This document shows positions 23,822 to 31,990 of a stretch of 38,659 nt of DNA, in pieces. The DNA comes from an uncultured archaeon. GTDB taxonomy: Archaea; Aenigmatarchaeota; Aenigmatarchaeia; CG10238-14; SCSR01. Under the pieces are notes generated by a model. That model worked only from the letters and a program-made list of their open reading frames with translations, had not been told where the DNA came from and made no database searches. The stretch lies in NCBI GenBank assembly GCA_964423085.1, contig CAYRDB010000002.1, forward strand, positions 1 to 38,659, read 5' to 3'. Each line of letters opens with the position of its first letter. Positions within the stretch are counted from its first letter, which is position 1. Made by a program: the position numbers and the translations under genes.

Positions 23822-24271
23822 TCAAGCCTTTGTGCACACCTTCTCCACCCTAAGCTCTGGGCATTGTGTGCCTATAATTATCCTGCTGAAGTCGTCCTGA
23901 ACATTTGTTATTTGGAACGATCTAAGCGCTCCTGAGGGCAGGTTGCCCTCCAAGTTTATCGGACTCGAAACCGAGCTGTTCGGGAACATCAGATATGCCT
24001 GAAGGGTGTTGAGCTCTATGTTCTGGTGGTTCTCGAGTATTAGATTGACAGCATTTGTAGAATTGTAGAAAACGCAGGAGTATATCGAAAAGTCCGCGAA
24101 CCTGCAGTCTATTTCGGTCTGGTTGGTCTCAGGGAGCGAAGTCTTCACATAGCTCGTCGCCCAGTATGCCATAAGTCCGGCTATAGTCATTGTGACCGCT
24201 ATGAGCAAGACCGCTGCTACCAGCGGAGATATCCCTAAAGACGACATATGTGCTAGTTTTTTAACGTGCAT
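23822..24271 (-). CDS. archaeal type IV pilin-like protein (class III signal peptide)
   Basis: SSLG/ISPLVAAVLLIAVTMTIAG, with 4 Cys in the globular part. The start may instead be Met9 (24247). Confidence 0.7.
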   Translation of the reverse strand: MHVKKLAHMSSLGISPLVAAVLLIAVTMTIAGLMAYWATSYVKTSLPETNQTEIDCRFADFSIYSCVFYNSTNAVNLILENHQNIELNTLQAYLMFPNSSVSSPINLEGNLPSGALRSFQITNVQDDFSRIIIGTQCPELRVEKVCTKA

Positions 24272-24378
24272 GCGCTCACTGATTCAAGACTGTCTAAACT
24301 AGATTTCATTTTCGCAGTAGATAAATATTACCAATAATTAACCTTAATCCGAGGCGCTCACAAATATCTATCGGTAAC

Positions 24379-25467
24379 ATGTGGACAATGGGAAAGTTCG
24401 ACAGCCTCGAAGGCATAAGGACGCCTTTGGTAAAGAGGATACTGCCGAGATATGTCAAAATTATAAAAGGAGATGTGCCAGCGAAGTTTGAATTGGCGAA
24501 GCGCATAGTCTTCGACTTCCATTCCGGGATGTCATCCAAAAAAATGTGGGAGGAGCACGAGCATCTAATGCGCAAGTTCAGGCACACCCAGCTGCTTGTT
24601 GACAAGGGAAAAATAGACATAGACGAGCTGGAAGTCCCCAGATTCTCGCTCATTGATATGAAAGCAATGCTTACAGAAGACATGGCAAAGTCCTGTTCGA
24701 TGTGCGAAAGGATGTGCGCAAAAGACAGGACAAAAAACAGGCTTGGATACTGCAAAGTCGGTAAAGAGTTCGTGCTGTCTTCCGAAAGCATCCAAAAGGG
24801 CGAGGAAGCCCACATAAGCCCCAGTCACATGATATCCCTAATGGGATGCAACTTCAACTGCCAATTTTGCCAGAACTGGCAGGCTTCTCAGTGGAGAAAG
24901 GCGTGCGCCGAGACGCATCCGACCCTTGTCGCAAGAGCGATAAAAAGGAGGATTGAGGAGGGCGCAAGAAATGTCAACTGGACAGGCGGAGAGCCGACGC
25001 CACACATTGCAAACATTCTAAAATCCCTAAAGGGCCTTGATGCAAGTATCCCGCAGATATGGAACAGCAATTTTTATATGAGCGAGCGCTCCATGAAGAT
25101 TCTGGACGGAGTGGTGGACATGTACCTGTCTGACTTCAAGTACGGGAACAACGACTGCGGAAGGTCTCTCTCCCAGATAGACGACTATTTCGAGGTGTGC
25201 GCAAGAAACCACATGATAGCAGCATCGCATGCCGAGATTACAATACGCCACCTGGTTATGCCAGAGCATTTCGAGTGTTGTACAAAGCCTGTCTTCGATT
25301 GGATCAGGAAGAATCTTAGAGCAAAGGCTGTTGTGAGCATACTTGGAAATTACACGCCAAGCTACATGGCGAAGGAGAGAATAGACATAGGAAGGGCTAT
25401 AATGCCTGAAGAGCTTGAAGAAGCAGTCTCTTATGCGAAGAAATTGAAATTGAATTACGTGAGTTGA
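24379..25467 (+). CDS. radical SAM enzyme, PflX-like (pyruvate formate-lyase activase homologue family)
   Basis: CNFNCQFCQNW CxxxCxxC cluster motif, preceded by an N-terminal Cys motif CSMCERMCAKDRTKNRLGYCKV typical of PflX-like proteins. Confidence 0.78.
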   Translation: MWTMGKFDSLEGIRTPLVKRILPRYVKIIKGDVPAKFELAKRIVFDFHSGMSSKKMWEEHEHLMRKFRHTQLLVDKGKIDIDELEVPRFSLIDMKAMLTEDMAKSCSMCERMCAKDRTKNRLGYCKVGKEFVLSSESIQKGEEAHISPSHMISLMGCNFNCQFCQNWQASQWRKACAETHPTLVARAIKRRIEEGARNVNWTGGEPTPHIANILKSLKGLDASIPQIWNSNFYMSERSMKILDGVVDMYLSDFKYGNNDCGRSLSQIDDYFEVCARNHMIAASHAEITIRHLVMPEHFECCTKPVFDWIRKNLRAKAVVSILGNYTPSYMAKERIDIGRAIMPEELEEAVSYAKKLKLNYVS

Positions 25468-26018
25468 TTTGGTTGAAATACAGATACAGGACCGAGAGGA
25501 AAGTGGAGCTGGACGCGAATAAGATTATAATAGTCTCGATAATAGCGGCATCTATAGCAATTGCCGCTTTTCTGCTTTCAGACCAGCAGGCCATTCCTAT
25601 GCCTATACTAACAAGCTTGTCCACTGCGGGCTATCAACAAGTCGCTGTGGACGCGGCTGTGGCAAGCGGATACGGAGTTGTCGGAATGGAAAGCGAGTGC
25701 TACCAGATTATAGCCAGCGTAGAAGATTACCAGGCGGAAAGCATACTAAACGGGCTGGAAAAGAGTGTGCCTGAACGCCCGAACGCCCATGACATAGCGA
25801 CTGACGCATTCGCAAATCTTGGAATAGAGTTGCTCATGGTAAAGATATCGGATGTCAAAGATGGGACTTTCTACAGCAAAATCATACTGAGAAACGGCAA
25901 CCGAATAGCCGAATTGGACGCCAGGCCAAGCGATGCTGTGGCAATTGCTATGCGCATGGATGTGCCAGTCTATGTTAGCAACAGCATACTCGAAGAATAT
26001 GGGGAGTACATATGCTGA
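25464..26018 (+). CDS. bifunctional nuclease (BFN/DUF151) family protein with predicted N-terminal TM helix
   Basis: RPNAHDIATDAF...YSKIIL...LDARPSDAVAIAMRMDVPVYV matches the BFN core. The only in-frame start that keeps the TM helix is a TTG overlapping the upstream TGA. Confidence 0.6.
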   Translation: MIWLKYRYRTERKVELDANKIIIVSIIAASIAIAAFLLSDQQAIPMPILTSLSTAGYQQVAVDAAVASGYGVVGMESECYQIIASVEDYQAESILNGLEKSVPERPNAHDIATDAFANLGIELLMVKISDVKDGTFYSKIILRNGNRIAELDARPSDAVAIAMRMDVPVYVSNSILEEYGEYIC

Positions 26019-26297
26019 TTATTTTTTCAAAGCCTTTTTGAATTCTTCTGAGAACTCGTCAGCCTGCTTCTCGACCCTTTCAGCAGCTTTTTCTAGCGCT
26101 GCCTGAGGCTTGCCTTTAGAAGTCTTTACAAATATCTTAGGATTTTCAAGATACGGGTGCTCCTTTATCTGAGCTGACTCCGAGACGCTTTCGTCATCCC
26201 AAAGCTCGCTCTTCAGAACGTTCGTCACTGTCACAGTCTCGCCCTTTATTTCCAAAAGAAGCGATTCGTCCTTGCTTTCTACGATGTTCAAATCCAT
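26019..26297 (-). CDS. rpoL: DNA-directed RNA polymerase subunit Rpo11 (RpoL)
   Basis: LLLEIKGETVTVTNVLKSELWDDESVSESAQIKEHPYLENPKIFVKTSKGKPQAALEKAAERV matches the RpoL pattern (E..gEdHTl.N.Lr.eL......a.Y...HP......i...t....P..al..A). Its start abuts the stop of the upstream methyltransferase. Confidence 0.75.
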   Translation of the reverse strand: MDLNIVESKDESLLLEIKGETVTVTNVLKSELWDDESVSESAQIKEHPYLENPKIFVKTSKGKPQAALEKAAERVEKQADEFSEEFKKALKK

Positions 26298-26930
26298 TCA
26301 ATCAGACCTCTCTATCACAAACAAATCCACGTTATAACTAACTCTTGGTTTCTTGTGGAATTTAAAGATATATGGTACGTCGAACTTAAATTCTTTGACC
26401 GCGAGCACCCTTCCGCCCAAAGACTCGACGAATTTGACCAAAAACTCCCTTGTCTGGCTTCCGATTTCGCCATCGTAGCCACCGCGATGCAGGCTGTAAA
26501 CCTTTCTTCCGCACTCGAGCGCTTTTTTAATGAACGCCCTGTCCGCATGCTCTTTCCCGCGCATGCCGAAAGGCGGGTTTTGCATAACAGTGTCGCACTC
26601 CCCTATAAAGTCGGCAATGTCCGCTTTCACAAATTCTATATCCAAATCCAGGTTCTCTGCGTTGCTCCTCGCTGTGGAAAGCATGTCCTCGTCGACGTCA
26701 ACGCCCACAACCTTTTTGGCGCCGCAAAGAGCGGCTGCTATTGACAGAGCGCCTGTTCCGCATCCGAGATCGAAGACTGTCTTGTCCTCTATGTCCCCGG
26801 AAACCGAGGCCAGGCTAACCATCTGAGCAGCCAGAGAAGAAGGCGTCATATACTGCTCGAGGCGCACTTTGGGGGTTTCTGCTCCTTTGAGCTTTGACAA
26901 TATTATCTCAAGCTGTCTCTTCTTAATCAT
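26298..26930 (-). CDS. SAM-dependent N6-adenine-type methyltransferase (METTL5-like putative rRNA methylase)
   Basis: SAM motif I VFDLGCGTGALSIAAA and catalytic NPPFG. It carries a C-terminal extra domain. Confidence 0.75.
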   Translation of the reverse strand: MIKKRQLEIILSKLKGAETPKVRLEQYMTPSSLAAQMVSLASVSGDIEDKTVFDLGCGTGALSIAAALCGAKKVVGVDVDEDMLSTARSNAENLDLDIEFVKADIADFIGECDTVMQNPPFGMRGKEHADRAFIKKALECGRKVYSLHRGGYDGEIGSQTREFLVKFVESLGGRVLAVKEFKFDVPYIFKFHKKPRVSYNVDLFVIERSD

Positions 26931-26977
26931 ACAAAAATCTAGTGGAATTAGCGGTTTAAATCAATTAATAGAATTGG

Positions 26978-27901
26978 TCATATGTCAAGATTCTCCAGAT
27001 TCAGTATCGGAATCTTGTATCTCTCCAAATCATCTATGCCTATTCTCGGGCAGGCTAGATTTACTGCAACGTCTATCTCCAGACCCATCAGTTTCTCGGG
27101 AGTTATCTCGTCCATTGAAAGCATGTAGACTTCCTTGCCCATTCCTTCCAGCTTCTTCTTCATATCGAACGGCTGCTTCATCTGGCCCCTTTTCCAGCTC
27201 ACAAGTATGGCCACTTTCTTCGCGTCATCGAACTGGCACCTGTTCCAGGCTATTATCCTCTCCACTTTTTTTTTGAAGCTGTCGAGGTCGAATATCTCAC
27301 CCCTTTCCAAGTCCAGGCACAGCATTGGCTTGTCTGTTTTCATCACCAATCCGAGCCCGTAGAACTTGCCGGCTGATATGCACAGGAAGCAGTCCACATC
27401 CTTCTCGATTGCGGTTGCAGCAACAAGATGGCAGCCGAGTATCTGGCCCGGATGTTGCAAAGCCTTGTGCGCAACAACAATCTTCCCCCTGCTTTCTAAA
27501 AATGACTTTACCTTTTCGATTGCGTCGACGAACTGTATGCTAGTCGCCAATCCTATTTTGTCGAACTTTTCCAGCTTCGAGTACTCCTTCTCGAGTATCG
27601 GCACGGGATTGGATGGTATGAAATACTCCCAGAACACAACTGGCAAATCGCTCTTCGCACCGTAGTCCTCGTGGCCTATGTGAAGTATGGTGTCGCATCC
27701 AAGTCGTGCAGCCTCGAAATCCCGTATGTCGCAAGCCCCGAAGCACGGCTCTGTGCATATAACAACTTCATACCCCTCATTCTCTATGTCCTTGGATATC
27801 TGCTGAACCCTCAGCTTGATGCCCTCCGGATACTGCAAGAATATGCGCTTCGCACTGCACTTTTTCAGGCTTTCCAACGCCTTCGCAAAGTCCTCTCTCA
27901 T
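26978..27901 (-). CDS. dph2: diphthamide biosynthesis enzyme Dph2 (2-(3-amino-3-carboxypropyl)histidine synthase)
   Basis: RIFLQYPEGIKLRVQQI, GACDI, ILHIGH and LVATAIE fit the three-domain archaeal Dph2 layout. Length is 307 aa. Confidence 0.78.
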   Translation of the reverse strand: MREDFAKALESLKKCSAKRIFLQYPEGIKLRVQQISKDIENEGYEVVICTEPCFGACDIRDFEAARLGCDTILHIGHEDYGAKSDLPVVFWEYFIPSNPVPILEKEYSKLEKFDKIGLATSIQFVDAIEKVKSFLESRGKIVVAHKALQHPGQILGCHLVAATAIEKDVDCFLCISAGKFYGLGLVMKTDKPMLCLDLERGEIFDLDSFKKKVERIIAWNRCQFDDAKKVAILVSWKRGQMKQPFDMKKKLEGMGKEVYMLSMDEITPEKLMGLEIDVAVNLACPRIGIDDLERYKIPILNLENLDI

Positions 27902-27963
27902 ATCAAATCAATAGAACTAGTCATATAAAAGTTTAAAGAAGCTGTAAAAAAATAAATCAGCTT

Positions 27964-28317
27964 CTAAAATTTCATTAAGCTGTCAACAAGCTTCTTTGTA
28001 GCATGTTCAGCTGATTCGTCAGTAGGTCTGACCATTTCCCTGACAATCCTCTCGATGGCCTTGCGCTTTTCAGCTTCTCCGACCTCGACAATGGCCTTGA
28101 AAGGCTCCTGAATCACTGCCTGAGTCGTGCATACTTCGTCGAGCTTCTTCTTTATCTCGACCAGAGCGCACCAAAGCTGCGCAACCTTGACATCCTCTGA
28201 GTTCATGTAAGCGCACTTGTAGCGCTTTGTTGAGGACAGCAAGTCCGCCAGAATCGATTGAATCTCTGGGGGAAGACAGTCTTTCCAATCTGTTTCCTCT
28301 TTCATGGTTATCATCAT
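27964..28317 (-). CDS. hypothetical helical protein
   Basis: The ORF has several candidate ATGs (28317, 28314, 28305), and the track start is a TTG. No family recognised. It lies immediately downstream of the giant surface protein gene. Confidence 0.4.
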   Translation of the reverse strand: MMITMKEETDWKDCLPPEIQSILADLLSSTKRYKCAYMNSEDVKVAQLWCALVEIKKKLDEVCTTQAVIQEPFKAIVEVGEAEKRKAIERIVREMVRPTDESAEHATKKLVDSLMKF

Positions 28318-28353
28318 TTGTTTAATTATCAATTAGTAGTAAAACTTAAATAT

Positions 28354-31300
28354 TCAACGAAAGGCTTCCTTTTTCTTTTCGATGAATATTTTCAAAAAAG
28401 AAAAGTTTTTGAAATATTCCGGCTCGTACGAAGTCCTTCTTACTTTTATTACAAATCCCTTCCTGTAAATCAGATATGCTATGAGAAGCACCAGGAATAT
28501 TATTAGCAGTATTATCAGGAGCGTTACTATATCTGTCTTGAACAGACTCTTTCCATATCCGTCGTCCTGCAATACCTCTATTGTCCCTGTCTTGGAGTCG
28601 GCTATGTTACCTAGTCCGGTTATCTTGAATGTATGCAAGCCTGCTGAAACGTCGCACGGCACAGATGCGTATCCGGTTATTATCTTGGTCTCTCCCCTTT
28701 TAACAGCCACGCTCTCGGGAACTTGTATCCATTCTGCAGCATCCCCGCTAACTTTAAGGTCTATCATGCTGTCCTCGCCGGTGTTCCTAACTTTGAACGT
28801 GAAGCTGGAAACCGAGCATTTCTCAAGGTCGTACTTGTCGTCAACATATATTTTAGGCAGTCCCTTGTTAAGTTCGTCCGGAAGCACGCACTTTGAGTTA
28901 TCGCATCCGTACGGGCAGTACTCTACAATCTTCCATCTTGTCTCATAGTTGTCGTCCAAATACTTCTGCTGCTTATAGTCCCCGAAGCACCTGTAGTCAG
29001 ACTGGCTTTCGGCAGATTTGTCCTTCACATAAAAGCTGCTTGAATAAGCTGTCTTCGAATAACTCGTACTGTCGCTCCAGTAGACAAGCTTTATTGCGTA
29101 TTTTCCAGAGTCTTTGACCACCTTTGAGCATGTAGAATACTTTATGCTGTCTCCTGACACATAGAGACGGTTGTAATCGCAATCCATTGACACGCAGTTG
29201 GTGTACCCGTCGGCCCTGCAAACATAAGCGTTGAAATTGAACCATCTTCCAGAATCTTCAAAGTTCTGAATCTTTATTCTGGCCGAAACCGTATCGCGCT
29301 CGTAAGAGTCCGACGGTCTAGATATAGACGCTGAGAATGACTGGCTTTGATCAGAATCGCATCTGTAGTCGTTATATATGCTAGTATACGAGCATGAACC
29401 GCCCGAACAGTAATAGTCGCGGTAGGTGGTTCCGTAGCAGCCGTCGTTGCTGTTGCAGTTCTCTACGTCAGTCCAGGACGACCATTCTGTGCAAGAGTCT
29501 GAATCGTAGTTGCCGCATGTCCTCTTCTGGACAATGCCTCCGCTGCACCTGCTTTCTTCTGCTCCAGCTGAGCATTCGTTATAGCAAGTGTCTGAAGTAC
29601 ATCTATAATCGTTGTAGCTCGAAGTGTACGAGCAAGCTCCATTAGAGCAGTAATAGTCGCGGTATGTGGTTCCGTAGCAGCCGTCGTTGCTGTTGCAGTT
29701 CTCTACGTCAGTCCAGGACGACCATTCTGTGCAAGAGTCTGAATCGTAGTTGCCGCATGTCCTCTTCTGGACAATGCCTCCGCTGCACCTGCTTTCTTCT
29801 GCTCCAGCTGAGCATTCATCGGTGCACTGTGATCCAGAAACACAAGCAGGAACTCCAGGAGTGCAATATTCATTAGATGAACACTCGTCTGCTATGCTGT
29901 AAGGTGTCCAAGCAGTCGAGCCGTCGCATGAAGACCCTGTCCCAGAGCAGTATTTTTGAAGATATCTAACTCCGACGTCACTTCCATATCCAGTACCCCA
30001 CGGACAAGAATATTGTACATCTATATCAGAATCGCATACATAGCTAGACGGCCTGTAAAGGTCGTCAGGACAGCTGGCGCTTGAACCAGTGCAGTATTCT
30101 GCCACATCGCATGGTCCGAAAGATGCCCTGCAAACTGTGCCGGAAGGCTTGAAAGTCCCTGTTGTTGTGTCGCAGCAAGCGCCCGAAGTGCACTCAGATG
30201 AAGTGCACCTAGCGTCGTTGTAGCTCGAAGTGTACGAGCAAGCTCCATTAGAGCAGTAATAGTCGCGGTATGTGGTTCCGTAGCAGCCGTCGTTGCTGTT
30301 GCAGTTCTCTACGTCAGTCCAGGACGACCATTCTGTGCAAGAGTCTGAATCGTAGTTGCCGCATGTCCTCTTCTGGACAATGCCTCCGCTGCACCTGCTT
30401 TCTTCTGCTCCAGCTGAGCATTCATCGGTGCACTGTGGAGCTGAAACGCAAGCAGGAACTCCAGGAGTGCAATACTCGCTATAAGAACAGTAGTCTGCCA
30501 CACTCCAAGAACCCCATGATGTAAGTCCGGTACAATATGGGCTGTCTCCGGAGCAGCGCCTCTCCATATATCTAACTCCGACATCATTGCCAAAAGTCGT
30601 CCCCCAAGGGCATCCATATTCCGTCTGCTCTTTTGAATTGCAAACGTATGACGAAGACTTGTACGAGTCTGCTGGACAGCTGGCGCTTGAACCAGTGCAG
30701 TATTCTGCCACATCGCAATTGCCTACAGCAGCTCTGCACATTGTTGTAGAAGACTTGAACTTGCCTGTCGCTATGTCGCAGCACACTCCTGAAGTGCACT
30801 CTGGTTGGGACACCATCTCATATACAGCCGTCTTTGAAGACGAGTCTTTTGTAACAACTCCTGAGCATCCGCTTGAGCACTCGTATGTATTTCCCCCGTA
30901 AACAACCTGGCTCTGATAGGAGTATGAAACTGTGTCTGAAAGACCTGAAACTGACAGGCTTGATGATGTGGAAGAGTGCTTTGCTCCGTCCACATACATA
31001 TACCAGTAAGCCCCGGAAGGAAGTCCCGATGTGTAAAAGTTAGAAGTGAATGTTACAGGGCTGAAATAAGCGTATATTGTACCGCTGGCCTCTGCGTAGA
31101 ACATTATCGGATTGGAGCTTGTCTCGCCTCCCTCATAACCATCAAACTTTACAAAGCTGTATCCGTCTTTCGGATATGCAAAAAGGGTGACATATTCTCC
31201 GACCGCTACTGTGGCAGTGGTGCTGCTTTCAGTGCATCTTGTATAGTAAGGCTTGTCGTACACGCAGACCTTTCCCTCGCCTCCTGCGACAACAAGATTC

Positions 31301-31680
31301 CATGTTACTTCTGGCTTCTTCTCATAAGTGGCGTAAGTTATGTAACCTACGCTATAGTCCTTGACCTCGCCTGAGCAACCGCTGACGCATTCGTATCCAT
31401 CAGGAACAGTGTATGTGTACGAAGTGCCTATCGCCAAGTCCCATGGGATGTATCCATAGTCTCCGCTTGACGAATAGTATTTAGTTGTAGAGTCGGCTTG
31501 CACACCCCAGTTAACATCTGAAGGCAGGCCTGTCTGGTAGAACCTTGAAGATACAGGTGGATATATCCAAGGAAAAAGAACTTCAGCCAGCGCTTGCTGG
31601 GATGTCATAGTCAGCGCTAAAAAGGCTATTATAGTTACTATTGAATAGTGAATAATACTTCTAGACAACACTGTTCTCAC
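28354..31680 (-). CDS. giant Cys-rich surface protein (1108 aa): signal peptide, beta-sandwich repeats, 2x disintegrin-like motif, 3x 74-aa Cys module, CARDB-like domain, C-terminal TM anchor
   Basis: GTG start. Signal-like N-terminus ends in ALA/EV. FY(Q/T)(T/S)GLPS repeats occur at aa ~47 and ~215, and an InlB-B-repeat-like segment at aa ~126-208. CCD...CR(x5)CDVAEYCTGSSASCP(A/D)D occurs at aa 294-347 and 496-549. ECSAGAEESRCSGGIVQKRTCGNYDSDSCTEWSSWTDVENC... occurs three times. The TM helix is IVTLLIILLIIFLVLLIAYLIY, followed by a basic tail. My count is about 74 Cys. Confidence 0.85.
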   Translation of the reverse strand: MRTVLSRSIIHYSIVTIIAFLALTMTSQQALAEVLFPWIYPPVSSRFYQTGLPSDVNWGVQADSTTKYYSSSGDYGYIPWDLAIGTSYTYTVPDGYECVSGCSGEVKDYSVGYITYATYEKKPEVTWNLVVAGGEGKVCVYDKPYYTRCTESSTTATVAVGEYVTLFAYPKDGYSFVKFDGYEGGETSSNPIMFYAEASGTIYAYFSPVTFTSNFYTSGLPSGAYWYMYVDGAKHSSTSSSLSVSGLSDTVSYSYQSQVVYGGNTYECSSGCSGVVTKDSSSKTAVYEMVSQPECTSGVCCDIATGKFKSSTTMCRAAVGNCDVAEYCTGSSASCPADSYKSSSYVCNSKEQTEYGCPWGTTFGNDVGVRYMERRCSGDSPYCTGLTSWGSWSVADYCSYSEYCTPGVPACVSAPQCTDECSAGAEESRCSGGIVQKRTCGNYDSDSCTEWSSWTDVENCNSNDGCYGTTYRDYYCSNGACSYTSSYNDARCTSSECTSGACCDTTTGTFKPSGTVCRASFGPCDVAEYCTGSSASCPDDLYRPSSYVCDSDIDVQYSCPWGTGYGSDVGVRYLQKYCSGTGSSCDGSTAWTPYSIADECSSNEYCTPGVPACVSGSQCTDECSAGAEESRCSGGIVQKRTCGNYDSDSCTEWSSWTDVENCNSNDGCYGTTYRDYYCSNGACSYTSSYNDYRCTSDTCYNECSAGAEESRCSGGIVQKRTCGNYDSDSCTEWSSWTDVENCNSNDGCYGTTYRDYYCSGGSCSYTSIYNDYRCDSDQSQSFSASISRPSDSYERDTVSARIKIQNFEDSGRWFNFNAYVCRADGYTNCVSMDCDYNRLYVSGDSIKYSTCSKVVKDSGKYAIKLVYWSDSTSYSKTAYSSSFYVKDKSAESQSDYRCFGDYKQQKYLDDNYETRWKIVEYCPYGCDNSKCVLPDELNKGLPKIYVDDKYDLEKCSVSSFTFKVRNTGEDSMIDLKVSGDAAEWIQVPESVAVKRGETKIITGYASVPCDVSAGLHTFKITGLGNIADSKTGTIEVLQDDGYGKSLFKTDIVTLLIILLIIFLVLLIAYLIYRKGFVIKVRRTSYEPEYFKNFSFLKIFIEKKKEAFR
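29408..29577. repeat. intragenic DNA repeat copy c (170 nt, 1 mismatch to copy b)
   Basis: Aligned by eye to 29648-29817. The single difference is at 29425 (g versus t). The offset is 240 nt, which is 80 codons. Confidence 0.85.
29609..29831. repeat. intragenic DNA repeat copy b (223 nt, identical to copy a)
   Basis: Reads identically to 30215-30437. The offset is 606 nt, which is 202 codons. Confidence 0.85.
30215..30437. repeat. intragenic DNA repeat copy a (223 nt)
   Basis: Identical to 29609-29831. The identical antisense ORF peptides in the supplied track (MWFRSSRRCCCSS...) corroborate this. Confidence 0.85.
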
Positions 31681-31732
31681 AAGAGAATGATGTATAGAAA
31701 AGTATAAAAAAGGATTGAAAATGTATTAACTT

Positions 31733-31990
31733 ATGTCTGAAGCAGCAGTTTCTGTGCAAGTGATGGAAAAAGGCAGGCTTCTCCTCAAGCAGGGCAAAGC
31801 CAGAATGGAAGTAAACACAGACAAGAGGGCGCATTTCACCGTGGACGGGGAGACAGCGGAGCACTCGGTAATATTCAACAAGTCCAAAAAAACATGGTCG
31901 TGCGACTGCAGGTTCAGCACTATGAAGGGAAGAGAATGTAGCCACATATACGCCTGCAAGCTAATTATGGAAAAGCTGCAACAGCGCTAG
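31733..31990 (+). CDS. SWIM zinc-finger protein
   Basis: WSCDCRFSTMKGRECSHIYACKL has the CxCx(n)CxH SWIM signature. Length is 85 aa. It is divergent from the giant surface protein gene across a 52-nt spacer. Confidence 0.7.
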   Translation: MSEAAVSVQVMEKGRLLLKQGKARMEVNTDKRAHFTVDGETAEHSVIFNKSKKTWSCDCRFSTMKGRECSHIYACKLIMEKLQQR

